Shown here piece after piece: positions 1 to 15,565 of a DNA stretch of 64,000 nucleotides. Source of the stretch: Catajapyx aquilonaris (taxonomy: Eukaryota). The stretch spans positions 62,001-126,000 of the forward strand of contig KZ537984.1 in assembly GCA_000934665.2 (NCBI GenBank), given 5' to 3'. The notes beneath the pieces are model-generated. The model made no database searches, had not been told where the DNA came from, and worked only from the letters and a program-made list of their open reading frames with translations. Made by a program: the position numbers and the translations under genes. The stretch's first letter is position 1, and each line of letters begins with the position of its first letter.

Positions 1-3000
1 GTTTGGGCCGCTTCTCCTATCTCGCCTAGTCTTAACTCCACATTACTACGCCACATTACGATCCCGACTCTGCATTTTGCCCATTACGCTGTTCCCGGAT
101 GTAAGTCCACGGTTTCCATCTAATTTCACAAGGAGTCGTTTCCATCAAGGGGCTGCCGGTGCGAACGCGGCCACTTTTAGGCAAGTGCGTAACGTCTTCT
201 CACCAACTTGGGAGTCGGAGATGCATAAATTTTCATTATTTTTTACGACGTCGTGACAAGGTGAAGTCTTAAAAGTGACAAGTGAAATATAAATTATCAC
301 TTTTGAATAAGCAGCGTGGGAGACAGGGGAAGACTTTTCATATAGTCTGGCAGGCACAGGAAAACATATTTCGAGATAAAGCTATACTTTCTGGAGATGT
401 AATTAGTCTGAAATCAAAATGAAATTCATTTTTAAACAGAGAGTTAGGACAGAAATATTGGGAAAATTATTGCGACTTTTCTGCAGAGGCGTTCGCATAA
501 GGCTGTACATGTACAGTTAGATGGAATCATTATTCTATCAGAATACGACTGTGTATTGTACATACAATGTTAGCAGCATGCACACACTTGGACACAGGCT
601 GGAAATTCACTATTGTATACAGAATAATGAGATGATTAAAATAATAATAGATGTTGTAAGGCTGGAAAATTAATTAACTGGGCCTAGCATATTAATGAGA
701 GGCAAAAAAAACCCCTGCAGTATTTCGGCCTGCAACTTGCATTTTGTGCTCCAGCATCACAGGCGGGAAACAAAAGGAAACTATTGTTTAAAAAATAACA
801 CAAACCAGCAGGGCCACACGCGCTTTGCTTAACAAAAATGCACCAATTAGTTCCAAATACACCGCAACTAATTACCACACTGTCGAATGCATGCCTTCAT
901 AAAATAATCAACCAGCTTCAAGGAGACTTTCCAAAAATTGCACGACATACAGTTACTAGTAACAAACTGTATGCCGCGCAATGTTTGGAAAGTAACTAAC
1001 CCAGGAGTCATTACAAGTTTTACTTGTAACATTACGCATTTATTTGCACCTATATTGGCGGGGTTGGTGATTGTTTACCCCAGCAACCAGCCGGCCATGA
1101 CAAGACCAAATATACCAGACATCTTCACAATATATGCTGACTTCTCACTTGCATGCACCGCAGGAAATAAAAGTCTGAGAAATCCGGTGGTCCTCTGGTC
1201 CCCCCCCCTCTACAGCAGCATGTAATAGTGTGGAAATCTTTCCCTGTCCAAATGGCAGGGTGAGGGGAGGGGGGGAGAGGGTAGTTTTCAGATTCCCCTC
1301 GTCACATTCCCCTGTCGGCCAAGTCGGCCCCGGAATTTGAATTCAGAAACCCTGACGGCAGACAGCTGGGTAACCTCTGCAAATCAACCTGCGGTCCATT
1401 TCCATCAGTCTCCTGATCGAATTCGTATCAGTGGGAGGGGAATAGAAGAGCAGATCCCTGGAGTAGGGTGAGAATACTGCACAGAAAAAAAAGGCGATAG
1501 AAAAATCTTTCTTCTCTCACTTTTTTCCTTATTCTCTCTCTTCCTATGGAAACTGTTGTATTCGAGCAAATTTCCGTTCGAGGAAGAAGCCTTTTTTTAA
1601 AACGAAGGATTCTGTCCGAAAACCGAGCCTATACTTCCGCTCATTCTCAGGTGAGGAAAATCCCCCCGGTATTTCCTCCAACTTTTCTGTTTGTTTAGGA
1701 GTTATAAAATGGTAAAGAGAACCCATGTCTACTCTTTTCAACTTGCGTTTGCTCAGGCTTCTTTTCTAAGCTGAGAGGAAAGAGAGTAGTTAAATACTGT
1801 GGTCTGTGCAGGAGCACGTTCATTCGTCTCCTCCAGACTTTGGGAGATAAAATTGGGAACACGTACGTTTACCTTGGACCCAACACCGAAACTTTTTTTT
1901 TCTTCTCGCTTGTGTTCTTATTCTTAAGAGAATTAACAGCGGGGGATCTGTGCGGTTGAACGTCCTGTATCTTGGCAGGAAATTGCTTGAGAACGGGGGT
2001 TAACACTGCTGTGATGCCCTGAGATGAAGGATGCTATCTATCGTCTAAAGCAGAAATAACGAACCACACAGAAATCCTTATATTACACACTTGAAAAGAA
2101 ATAATTGTCCCACAACATGTAAGCAACTATATCTAGTATTATCATATTACAGATTAATTACAAAAGTGTTATTTTTTTGGACAGCAACAAATTTTCATTA
2201 TCAAAGGTTTGACTGAAACTATGGCTCATACCTAATTAAGAACTTTATTTTTTTTACATCAGCTGACTCTGATGTGCCTGCAAATGTTTGCAAAATGTTT
2301 CAACGTGACCTAGTTTCTTAAATATCAAGTATTCTTCACCCTAAGGGCTTGGAGCAAAATGAGTTTTCGCTGCTGCAGTACTTACAAACAAAATTATTAC
2401 TGCAATTTTGGGGGAATTGTGTGTTTGAATATGAGGCGGCGGATTATTTATTCTCGGCTTGATTTCTGCTCGGGCGTCGTAATAAACGACAGGCGCTTTA
2501 CACGCGTCATTTCCTTGCCTAAAATGTTCATACTGACCATATACTGTATAAGCTACTTAAAATATTCCATTTAGAGGAGGTTTTACAGAGAGGAGGCGAT
2601 TGTAGTGTTACAGCTTGATGGTTACGTGCATAATAAGGAAAAGCGACGAAATGTTGAAATGGCCCTTTTTTGCGACAGCGTTTTAATTGTATTTTTATGC
2701 CCGCAGCATATGTTCCAGTCCCACGGTTAAATAATATGCAAATTGATTCATTTTGTATTATTTGGGCATTTTTGTTTATTGGAAGAATCTTCTGCTGCCT
2801 CTATTTTTACAACATACTGTACATGTACCGTTGTAGCCTACCGGCGCTACACCTTATCAGTTTTATCACATTATTGATAACCGATTTATTGACCACAAAA
2901 TTGTCGTTGTTATTGGTACACCGTCCGCTATGTAAAAAAATCCCACCTTTATGAGTGATATAAAAAAATCTTGCATCATTCGTACGAGTATGTAGACATA

Positions 3001-6000
3001 TGATTACATAAATATCGAAACGGTTTGTCTCAAATAAAAAATCCAATGATCTCTAAAAACCTGATCATTAAATATTACGGTACGTCTAGCCTATAATACT
3101 GAAAACCTACCATCCTACCAAACCTGATGCACTGAAAATAAAAGGACAATCAATTTAACAAATTCAATAGTAATTATGCAGAAGAATTCAATTTAACGAG
3201 TGAAATACAGTCGCATAATTGGTAATAAATTCTGGTTAAGTGCTAAACCATATTATTTTGAGGTTTTTGACAAATCTTGGCAAAGATTTTACACTACAAT
3301 GCAGCTTCATCTAACTCTAGTTAATTTATTGATTGAACCATTTGGCCACTGGAAGTCTGGAATGGTCTCCAGCGTGTTGGCAAACTACAAATTCATCACA
3401 GTATTATCAGAGGGAAGGTTAATATTTTTCATTCTGCACATGTGTCACGATTTGGCACCAGTACAAGCAGCTACAAGTGTTATTATTCATTCACCAGGCA
3501 GGTCATGTAGTTTATACAGTGTGCTCTGGTCCCTTTCTCGCTTCAAAAATATCTCTGCTCTTACGCATTGCTGCACATAAGACCCAATGTGCAGCGCACC
3601 TGAGAACCACTTACGCGATCACCGAGTGCAAACAAAATCTCCTTTTGCTAAGTCAACTCAGCGTGAAAATCATACTCAGTTCATAGCTCTTGGGAACTAC
3701 TGCAAACACTCTGGCATAGTTGGCATTTGATCCCAGCCAATGGGGAAGAATAATAGCGAGAGCTGGTTCATAAAGAAGAGTCCCCTGGTAAAGGTCCTTC
3801 CTTTCCAGTGAGTGACCCCACCCATCTTGAGGGAGCAAAGGCCCACACCAATCCATCGGCCTCTGCCACTGAACACTCCCGACGCAATGAATTGGAAGTA
3901 GAAAAATTCATGATCCAATCTCTCTTTTCTCTCTCTGTGAAACGGGGGAGTCTGCAATGCTATCAAGCCATTCCGACAAAGGGAGTTGAATTTAGTGGGG
4001 TTTGCGGTGGGACAATGGTGTTCGTACCACCATAAATCTATAGTAAAAACACGGAGATAGAGTCGTAATAAGGAGGAGCCTGCGTCGGTGACACAGGTCT
4101 GCATTGCAGTACAGCGCAGAGTGTGTGATGGAAGTCACGGATTAGTGAGCCGAATTAATCAGTATAGAGGATATATACCGCAGGAAGACAGAACTGTACA
4201 TTGTTTGCATGTTATGGTACAGTGCTCTGCATGGAAACAGAGTATACAGTATGGGCTTACAAAATGTGAATAAACAGGGATGGCTACACCATATCCCAAA
4301 TTTTCATTTGGAAAATGCTAATACACTGTACTACAGTAAAAGGTCTGCCTGTTTCATTTAAATAGCTTATCATCATACCTAAATAAACAGAACGGGCGTT
4401 CATCACATAGACAACCGGCATATGTTGAAGTGCACCGGCGTTTAACATCATGCAATATTACCATTGTTAAATACTAGCTGTCATTATTATCATTCACAAA
4501 AAGAATAATAATAGCAATGATTGACATTCATCTCTTTGCAAATCTAGAGGCACAGCATTATTTGTGTCGTTTAGGACCACATACCGGGCACGTAAAACAG
4601 CATGCCATATTTTATCCTTCATAAAACCTACATTAATTCTGCAATAATACCCCATGTTATTAAAATTCATAGCACTACCTTGTCTGTATGACTCAACCCA
4701 ATGTCAACTCCCTGCATGTCGAAGTTTCTCCCCAAGTCCATTCAGGCATCTGTGCAATGACATGGATATGTCTCGGCTCAATATTCCCCACACAATATTG
4801 GCTGACGACCGATCGGCTCCACCATTCTACCCCTCACGCCTTGTATGCTCTACTCCCCAATAAAAATATTTGGAAGTCTTTCACGTCATTTCCTCCAGCA
4901 CGAAATTCGGGGGTGGCTCGCAGGGCTGACAAGACTGGCAAATCAGAAAGCAGTGCAAGTGGGATGAATGGCCAGGTCGTAAAGGTCGTCTGGTGGCATT
5001 CCCCCCCTTCTTTCTTCTCCTAAAATCCTTCCTCTTTTACTATATACCTACCTACCTACCCCCTTATATATACACCCCTCCCCGACGGCGAAATGCTCCT
5101 GGTTTTCTCCACGTGGCATTTCCCCGGCTGCCGCACAACCGCAATCAATGATCCTTCACACGCGTTCTCTTCCGTCTCCCAATCCAATCTCCGCAGCAGC
5201 CTCAGAGAGGCCATGTAGGGACTTGGCGTCTGCACCAGGAAAGGAGGGCTCCCCAACACCCTAATCCCAATTGACCTGGCCATCACTTGATTCCTCACGC
5301 CCCGACAACTCATATCCCCAGCACCAGAATCCGGTTCAAGTGAGCATATTTATAGCTGATGGAAATCAGGCTTCCAAAAAGCGATGGCCTAGTTAATAGC
5401 TGCCAATTTCTGCCCCAAAAACATCGCCTATGATGGTTCCATTGAAATGTGATTGCCATTTTTGGTCACCCCGCGGGATGTGTACAGTACCAAGCAAAAA
5501 TGTGTCACGATTCAACACCGCCCCTTTATTTAAATTTTTAAAAGGTGCAGTCACACCATGAATATATTAAGCTTAACAAGTGACTGACACCGTCTTATAT
5601 GCAAGTAAAATCATAGGGACTAATACAGCGAGCCTTGCTTTTGTTTTGATGAGTCTTTTAGTGGCCTACTGTCGTATATAGGTCAACCGCACTTCCAATT
5701 TGTATGTCTCTGGCACCAGCACCGGAAAAAAAATAGGGCAAACCTTCGGTACTGATATCGTTTCCCCGGCAATGAAATGACACGGTTCGCCGTCTCTCTC
5801 GGCCCATCAGGCCTAATTTGCCCCTAGTGGAATTGAAGCTGGCGGGGAATGGACCCGCAGCATCCACTACCTTTTTTCCCCCCCTCATCCGCCCGATGCT
5901 TCTGTAGATATACCGACATCCTGCTGGAACACAGAGAAGTTTAACGCTGACTCATTGGTGTATCCCAGAATTTAACGCAAGGGGCGGGGGAGTAAATTTT

Positions 6001-9000
6001 TGAACACATACTTCGATATGCATCAGCAAGATCTCTCTTCTTCCCCCGCATAATTTGAGCCTGACAGGAATAATAATCGAGTAGATTTACAAAGATGAGG
6101 GAAAAAAGGGAAGGGATGAGGGGGTGAGAGACAACCAACGGTGTACCAAATGCAAACAACGTGGCATAATTTTAATCCGGCTGTTCCGGTCGGTTTAACT
6201 TTGTATACGTAAGCAGTAGGTCACCTTTAGGATCGCCCTCTCTTTCTATCTATCAAGCAGAAATTCTCCCTCCAACCTCAGCAATGCAAAGGACCGAGCT
6301 TGATTGGCACTGACCCCACAGATTGCCCCAGATCATCAATACTCTCTACTCGCATATACAGGGTGAATCAAAAGTCATCTTATTTCCGAGCAGTACTTAA
6401 TATGATCCATGTTGCTGTTGCCTCACCCTGTAGTACACATCCCAAGCTATTTCCCCGTGCAGTGTATATGCGTTGGGATTCTCTCCAAAAGCCGAGAGCT
6501 TCCATTTTGTGCCATGTCAATCACCTTCAGCAGACCCCTCTACTCGCTATGTGCTCGCCGGAATTTAACCAAAGGATGCGAGATCGATTTTCCACATGTT
6601 TGCGGGAAGCGGTATGAGAATTAGCGGGCCCTGAGTGCTCTCTTTATTCAGTAAAAAAAAGTGGCAGATTGAAAACTCTGGCAGTAATATTTCCCCCCAT
6701 GCAAGCTGCAGAATCACATTGCTACACAATTCGCGTCCGGGGAAAACTTTTTTTTCCTCTTTCTCTTTCCCTAGCGCCCGATACAGATTCGTGATAAATA
6801 TTATAATAATGGAGCGTTCGCACACACACACACAAAAAAACGCGCGAAAGATAAATCTGTACGGGATTATTTAATGCCACTTTTTTGCCTCGAATTTTTA
6901 CTGCCATCAGATTTGAGTCTGAAATCGTGCCAACTTTTAATAGAAATCGTATGCAAATTCCTGCTGCCGACGATACCAAGAAAGGCCAAGATGAACGCCT
7001 ATATTGTGGAAGAGTGAATAATGGATTGGACTCGCAGCATGATTAAACTTTATATTGGCAAAATCCCTCCTCTTTCGCAAGCCCTGCCAACTCCTAGCGC
7101 CCCCCCGTAAACCGAAATGGATATCGCAGATGTGTTACGCTTACACCGTGGAGAGATCTTTAGACAAGCATAATATATTTTTAAAATCCTCTGGTAACGA
7201 GGAACAATCCGAGGCTGTTCTTTCTTGGGATCCGTGTAAGTGACACTGCGAACCTAAGAGGAGATTAGGGCCATAAATAAGATATTAATGGGGACGGGGT
7301 CGGACTTTGCTGCATGAGCATGGCGCGACTTGCGAAAAGGGTTCCTGACAATTAATATCGTCTGGTTTATTTCCATATAAACCAATGATCATCTCTGCAT
7401 TGCAGATCCTTGCAGCTGCATTACGATTCCCGCGGGTTTCTATGGCGTTAAGTATTCTAGGATCCAGATTAATATCTTTGAAAGACTCGACGCCGTCACT
7501 GGCGACATAACCGCTCTGCCCATGCCTCTTATCGTTATAGACTTTTACTCTAGTCTAAAGTGTCAGTCATTGACAAAATAATGGCCGGATATCAAGCGTT
7601 AAGGACCCACTTCCATTGAAGCCTGGTAATGGAAGTTCATCATTTTGCTCCATACGTGTAAATCGCATCAAAAATGAAACAAAAATCATTAATAAACATA
7701 GACAGACACTTTTGAATTTACCATGCTGCCAGATCATTCGTAACAATGACATAATATTATTAAAATGACTCATTAGGACAACAAACTGTCATGTCACGTC
7801 ATGTTTGTAATGAATTTTGAATGGTTGCTATATCGTTTCCAATCTGCCCTCTTCGCGTAATGTTTACGATCTTCAGTTATCGTCGAGTGGCATCGGGATA
7901 TTGCACCCGTGGACGTATAAATTTCTAATAAGCAAAATACGAGCGATGCAGATGCGTCAAGTCTCACAAGTGAGTCCCCGTCTGTATATGTGCGAGTTTA
8001 ATAATTCAGATTCACGTGTCGCTCAGACTTCGATGAGATTAAAATCCTAACCAACTGAACCCCCTGTATTTGTTTACTGCTTCAGGCCTATTAATAAATT
8101 CCGGACTCAGCTTACTTCCTGTGAAAACCAGTAAAAAAGCAGCCACGTTTTTCTCACATAAAAAATTCTCAATAAAAGTTGTACGGCATGAAATAATTTA
8201 AAAAATTCATTTCACACATGATCGCATTGAAATTATTCGTCAAAACTTCGCCATTTAATTGCAAATGACCGCCTTACCCTCCACGACTAACTTAATAGAA
8301 ATTATTACAATAATATTCCACTCTACCTGCAACACTGGCAGTAAAATATTCCCAACGACAAAAGCAAATACTCGCACATTATAAATAGCAGGCTTAGCTC
8401 AACCGACAGCCGATTTGTTTGGGAATACAAAATACCTAATCTCTGCTGCTGGTGCAAGAGATGAAGCAATAGAGATGGCCAGCGTCTCTCGAAACGACAG
8501 TTCTCGGCCAGGAGAAAATCAGTAAATTAATGAGCCTCATCAACCTCCATGACATCTCATTTACAAACGCTCCTTTCTCTTCGTGACGAATGCCTTGGAT
8601 TCCAGAAAGCAACGTCCACGCCTTTGGCAAGGAAAATTCAATAGAGGGCGCAAAAGGAATCATTCGTTTCAAGCAATGTCCCTGGACTTTATTTTATCCT
8701 CGTGTCTTCTGCTGATAAGCTTCGGAAACTCTGCAGGACTCGATTAGTCCTGGACAGCGACTCGGACATACCCGATGCAGTTCTACACACTGTGAACTTG
8801 ATAGAAAAAGCTATTATATATGCTCAGTTGTATGTCTCATATACTAAAGTGAACTGGAACTGGAACGTCGTTATTCCCTATTTTATTATCGTACGACTTT
8901 TCCTGCATTTCTTCTAGAAAATTCCCAAATTTCTGCAACTGCCACAAGCAGAATCTCTCAAGTTGCCCTGGGTTGAATGTGGTGCTTTTGGGATAGTTTC

Positions 9001-12000
9001 AAAGCTATATAGAAATAGGTCTACAGAAGTTCCGTTGGCAGTTTTGTCTGCGCGGTAGGAGGTTGGAAATTGCTTTTCCCTCCAGACGTCCACACTGCAC
9101 GAACTAAATATTGCATTGTAGTTATTCTACTTTACAGGACCATACTCTTCAAAATGAATCTGTAAAATCTATCAGTTTCTGTCAGCTCTGATTGCTTCCA
9201 GGCAGAGAATTGGTGGAAGTAACAGTTAAGAGAACAGAAAAGTATAGCGATTGGGAGGAATAAACTAACTTCATGGCTTAACCACCATCTGAGGTATAAC
9301 TCACATCCTCAATATAATAATAATTATTATCATCATATTATTTCATTGTTCCTAATTTTAATTTAGTAACAGCTCGCATTTCAGCCTTCCGCATCATGAT
9401 ATTGAGGGTGAAAGAATCCGTGCTCGGCAGCGGGCTTATATAGCGCATCAGGAACTATATATAAGAGCAGCATTACTCGTTTGTTGTCCGATGTGATTGA
9501 AGTCCTGGTGCCTCGTGCAGGTCATTAACTGCCACTCTTCTGCTGCGTAACTCTTGACAAGAGAACCTGGAGGCAGTTTCTAAACCAATTTCCTCATCGC
9601 AAATCACCACTCATCCATCATGTAATAAAAACAAGGTTTCGTCGTATAAGCGGCTAATGGCGATCTAAGATAATAATCAGCCAGTTTATAACCTCCGTGA
9701 TTTGCAAGTATAGAAAACTTAATCTGCTTTAAAGCTCCATAAACCCACATTTTGCCATGCGGTGAAAAAGCACGGCTCTATAGGGATTAATACACCCTTT
9801 TAGACTCTATAAATAACTGAAAAATGTCATCTACTATGAGCTCCTGTTTTTTAAGACAGCTTTCCTCATAATCTAACCGGCCCAATATTGCCACAGTCAT
9901 GTAGCCTGATACTTCATGTTTGCAATTCTGGCAGCAATACTGCATTGCAAATTTATTTCTTGGAATTCATTTATTTTGGGATCCAAAATATTTTTACTGC
10001 AGTAACGCTAGTTTGAAGTGTGTTGAATACTGGGGTATATTTTTCATCCACTGTATACATGATTGTTGGAATTTGGGTCGGAAATTCAGCTATGAATACT
10101 AGGAGATTTACTTGTCATGCACTGGTATTTTGCAATCAAATACGCTGTCATCAGTGACATACTTTCATTTATTTGTGCATGTGGAGAGCGTACAATATGA
10201 AAATGACAAGCGAATTTTGAATTCAATAGTTTACTGTGCCATCCCAGTAAAATAATAATTGTGAATTGTGAAATGTTGTGAATGAATTAACGTTGTAGTA
10301 AAAATATTTTGACATAATATATCGTAAAACTAACCCGACTTTGCCTACAAAATAAGCAGCTGCCTCACTGATGTACGCTATATAACTTTCGTAATTAAAT
10401 GTGAAAAGAGAGCCAACAGAAACAGACGCACGCCTTACACAACACCATTCATCAAACTCTTCCCCCTGTACAATTTTCTCCAATCCAAATGAAAAGGAAT
10501 CAGACCCTGGATGCATCGGTGTACCATTCTGATAAGTTTGTGCCTCTTCCAGACGACGTAATTGTAAGCTATGAGCTTCGTCCAGGGTCCAGAAATTGCA
10601 GCAATTTACAGGTGAAGAATCGAAAGAGACGCAACCGCCTCCGGGGACATGGTCATCAAGAGCCTTTAATGACAGAGATTATCTCCGTGTGTCATTCCCA
10701 TCTCTCCCGGACCACCTGCCACAAGATTTTATTTATTACCACGAAAAATACTCGCGTGTGCTGCAATCACACCCACCAGATACAAATTACTAAAGCACTT
10801 TGGAAACATAAATAGAGGAAGTCCTGCTGGGTATCCCTTTCTCAAAATATTACGATGAGGACTGTGCATTTATCGAACCATTTTCCCCAAAAGGAACCCT
10901 TACAAAATGCTCGAACTACGTTCCCACAATGCAATAATACGAAAACAGTTCATTCCAATTAATCCGAGTGCCCAGCAGTCCCCTTTCAAAATGCTCACGA
11001 TAACTTACAAAGCAACAAAAGTACGTCCGGGAAAGGCGTATACCCCAGAAATATTATCAGACACAAAAATGTGTTTCTGAAGCAGTAGAAAGGTACAGAT
11101 CATTGTAAAACATCCTTTGTGAACATTAAAAAAAACTCATACTGTATACTTCATTGCTAATAATAATAGTCCTACATGGAAAGCAAAATACTGTACAAGC
11201 AATTAATATACAAACAACCCCTATTCCCTTTCCCATTTTCTTCGGAAACAATGGTGTCGTTGATGAGCAATATCCTCTCCCCTTTCCATGTTACGGTCAC
11301 GACCTTTACGAAAAAATATTATACAGCAAAGTGTGCAAAAGGAGGAAAATGAGCAGTTTAGAGGTACAGTAATATCCACACATTTTATTCCCAACCGAAA
11401 ACAAAACGCTCCTTTATCCCCTAATAAGCCATAAAATTAACACTGGCGTTGTGCCGTAAAAAAAACCCGGAGGTTTGAAAGGAAAAATCAAGTTCTCAGC
11501 TTCCTCTCTCTACCCCTCCTTCCTTTTTATATCCTTCCGGAAGGCTGCCAACAGAATTAATCTCTCGTTCCATGAAGAGCTTTTTGAGAAAGTGGGTTGC
11601 CCGGGGTGGCAACCTCGTTCCCTCCATCATTAGCAGTGAAGCGGCGGTTCTTCTGCTCCAAGTGGAACTCTGGGAAACCCCTCTTCCTATTTTTTTTCTC
11701 TTTAAAAAAAACCTAACCCTCCCTCCTGCCATAGGGAAATGGAGGGTGGTCCTTAATTAATAGCTTTTATTTTCTTCCAAACGAATTGCGGAACCGAGAG
11801 GGGAGGTTTCGGTTCAGTTTAAATCCAATTGCAAAGAAATTACAGATTCCTACCAGGTTGCACGAAAGCCTGGTTAGTCTCTAATTGGGTTTTATTGAGA
11901 GGATGCACTGTGAGGGTACAATAGGCGATGACACATGTTTTTGAGTCACCCTGCTTCTATAGCTTTTTCCTTCCCCTTACCCATGTCTCTTCTGGGGTTA

Positions 12001-14966
12001 AACCACGTCGAAATGGAGCTTCGTTATGATTAATATACAGGAGAGGGTGTCCTCGCATCTTCAGGAGGGCTTGGAAGAGGATGTGCTGATGGATGGGATG
12101 AAAGCTAAACCCCCCTTCGCTTAATCCTCTGATTATTATCAGTGCACTCTCGCGACCCTTCAACGTACACCAGGGAATTGGAAGTCACTCAACTACAATT
12201 GCACCGCCACGATAATACTGCCTTTAGCACATGGTGAGTGCGTGCGAAATTTTACAGCAAATATTTGATGAAATGAACACAAACAAAGCGCAAGTTCTAA
12301 TACAAACATGTTCACATTCAATATGCTCTAATCATCTTCTAATATGACATATTTTGAAGTTGATGTTGCATGATTTGTTCTTACTTAAAATAATGCTGCA
12401 GCTGCAGGAGTGGCTTTACGACTGTCACAGAAATACTTTTTTTGTTTCGTTATGAGAATTAAACAATCATATAGAAGAAGACAGTAATTAATTACATCAT
12501 TTCATACTCTTCCATGATATTCAACCATTTACTAACACTCATAATAAAATAGTAATGATTATTATAATATGACATATGACGTACCAGCTTGTGGTGAAAT
12601 CCTAATTTTTAAAGTAAAGTCGTTACTGTATTGCCAACTGTTATGACAGTATGCCAGTTTTTAGTATATTACAAGTCACTTTTTTCACTCCTGCATGAGC
12701 CTGTTTTCAGAACAGTGATGCCAAAACCACCCTGTGAGGCCATTACCGAAAGCAAAAAAGAAGAAGAAGAAAAGAGCAATCCCCCTGCAATCACCTGCCT
12801 GAGCATACCTCTACTCGCGTTTAGCAATTAGACTTCTGCCAACATGTTTGTCCTGTACCCTTTTCCGACCACCCAAGCCCAGCTCAGGCCAGGGATCTGA
12901 TGAATTTTGGCCCCCGGGTCCATTTCCCACCCCTTGTTTTCGCACGATCCTGGAACCTTAAGTCCATCACTCCTTCCTGTCCCTCACACGTGTGTCCCTT
13001 TCGGTGGACTCAAACGATGGGAAGGGCCCGTGATGAAAAGAGACCACCGCTGGGAAATGGTAGCCAAGCACCAATTATCGGCAAGCAAAATTTTGGGGGA
13101 AAATGGAGTCTATGTGCGGCACTCCCCCCTCTAATAATAATGTGAAGGGGGGGGGGTGTGATGCTTTGGCTGACCCAAAGTATCCCCCCCCTGTCCCACA
13201 ATAGGCATCACAGAGGGGGGTCCTTGGGCTTTTCCCCCTCGCACAACTTGCCAAATTTCTGCCCATCACTAAAAGTCTAATCGGTCGGACTTAATGAAAA
13301 GCTGGGAGCGACGCGCCGTGTAATTATTCGCAAGAGATGAAAGGCCAGTGCTGTTTCAGAATGGAGCCCTGCTGCTGCAGAATATTGGGAGGTCTGGGGC
13401 GATAAACATCTGACCCGGGATGCTGCTCGGCTCCCCGGCCCTAATTTTGTCTGGCAAAAGTCAATGAGGCTCGTTTTGGGCAAATAGTGCACAAAATCAG
13501 ATAAAATGCACTAGGGTGAAGTTCGCAGCTTGGGCTCAAATCTCTTCCCCGGTGCAGCAGGTATGGGCCTAAAGTAGAAATAATATTTTCTATTTTCACT
13601 GTACAATCCCCTCTGATGTTTAGAAAATAATCTTGGTTCTCGGTAAAATCTCAAGGTGCACGGGAAAGACTGCAGCTGTGGTAACAAATTGATCGTCTAT
13701 GCACTATACAGCAGCGGTTTTCCGTCCATAGGTTTCCAGAAAGGTATTTGGGGTAATGGTTGGCCTACATTAGTCAGGTAAACATTCTAATATTAATATT
13801 GGTAGAACTTATTCTCTGGTGCACAATTCTCACGCTAGAAAAAACATAAACTGGAAAGTGGGTCGCATACTCGCATGGCATGTATCAAGAAATCGGTCAT
13901 GTTGTTTTGTATGATCATGTATGTCATTGGTCAGTATTGCACATGCAGCAGGGTTACGAAAAATTTGTGGAAAATTCATGACAAGAAAAACTGCACTGTA
14001 TATAGAAGAAAAGGTACACTTGCAGTTCCCTTATATCCCCGATGAGAACAGCCCAATATTTCGAGAGCCACGAAAAAGGGGGTTAAAATAAGAAAAAAAA
14101 ACCCTGCAGGGCTTCATCTATTCATTTGCCACGTTGTAAGTCGATAAGTCGATATTTTCAAGAATAGGCTCTTCTTCTACAGAGTGGAAAGTTTCACACT
14201 GGCTTCTTCCTCTATACAGTTGGCTCTAAGGTATAAATCCAGGTTGAGCAAGATTGCAGTTGCTCATTTCAAACATGGTGGCAGCTTAAATGCTAAGAGA
14301 GAAGTGCACATCAGTTTTTCATTGTTCTAACAAATCATGTAACATCCTTTGGCTCGTTTTATTCAAATTAGAGAGCAAGGTTTGGCGTTGTTTCATCAAC
14401 ATTCTCCTTTATTTTGTAATAAACTCGTTTTCTTTAGGCGATTCACTCCCTCTTGTCAAATTTTTTTCTTTCTGCGGTTACCCCCAAACAATCGGCTGGC
14501 AACAGCTGCCCACAATGACACTCGCCACATGACACAGGCTGCAACAGGCCGACATAGCTTTATAATCCACAACGATTGAATCCACATCCCCCTGTTGCTG
14601 GCATCACATGAACGAGAGATACTCCCCACCTGTGTACTCCTGCGGCTATAATTCAGACATGACACGAGTAGGCCTACTCTGTGACTAACATGCCAACTCA
14701 ACACCACAAGCAGAACATGATGCAGTTGACTTAGCAGACCGATTGAATGCAACCCTTGCGCAACTTTTTTTTGTGTGTGTGTGTGTGTGTGCAGACCGGT
14801 GCAGACTATAATCCGTCAATCCTGCCAGCTGCAACTTACAAGCTGTGCCACCTAATCCCCAGCACAATTCAAAAGAAGTATATGTATGCACCCTGGAAAA
14901 TCTGGAGCATCGACATTTGGCGATTTTGGTCCAAAACACCTGCTATAGCATTTTCTGCGACCTTAC

Positions 14967-15140
14967 CTGCTGGGCACAGGGCTGCTGCGGAGATGTGGTG
15001 GCTTCTCAGTCCAGTTACGTCGTGTCGTCTTGACCTCGTCCGAGACCAGAAGATGCGAAGGTCAGCGCAGACTTGCAGCGGTTCGCGAAAAGCGCCAAGG
15101 TGCATCCCGACACGTCCAGACTTGCAAAAAGTTCGCGCGG
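14967..15140 (-). other. Probable non-coding first exon of an unidentified minus-strand gene running toward the left edge
   Basis: Strong donor CAG|GTAAGG on the minus strand at 14967/14966. CpG-rich segment lying head-to-head with TAMM41. No convincing ORF; the 5' end is a guess. Confidence 0.4.
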
Positions 15141-15159
15141 TTTAACTAAAGCGAACAGA

Positions 15160-15460
15160 CGCTGAAAATGGCGGGAAGGGAGAAATGGCGGGAAAATAAA
15201 ATGCGCAAAAAAATTGCATTAATTTATAAACTACAACCCATGTTCGATACCATTAAAATTGCAAAGAATAATTTTCAGCACATCCAGATAATTTAACATT
15301 TTAAACTGCATGCACAGTACAGTACCTGCCGTACCTGCTAACTAGTAATTTAACAAATTATTCCTGCGTCTGTTTATTTTAATTTGTGCTTATTAATAAA
15401 CGAGTTTTAAATTTCTCCGGATTTACCCGCATTTTAAATCGAATCGAATGTGACGTCATC
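15160..15460. promoter_or_regulatory. Probable bidirectional promoter for TAMM41/SWI5 and the leftward transcript
   Basis: Two E2F-type TGGCGGGAA sites (15169-15177, 15186-15194) and a palindromic CRE TGACGTCA (15451-15458), upstream of the TAMM41 ATG at 15566. Confidence 0.5.
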
Positions 15461-15565
15461 ATAACAGCTGCTATTTCTGTTTCGCAAGCAGCTGCGTTTG
15501 TTTCAGCCCGTCCGCCATGTTTGTTTTTTGTTTTGTTTTTTTTTCTCTTGACGATTTGAAGAAGC

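Noticed and set aside
6355..6380. Isolated Tc1-like terminal motifs (TACAGGGTG at 6357; similar near 21945 and 45910)
   Set aside because: No partner TIR or transposase could be confirmed; too short to call as elements.
9110..9130. TGCATTGTAGTT resembling the miR-33 5' end
   Set aside because: The match breaks after about 12 nt and no hairpin partner is evident.
145..14939. Many 60-135 aa ORFs in the first 15 kb
   Set aside because: No recognisable domains, no consistent splice phases, and lengths expected by chance.
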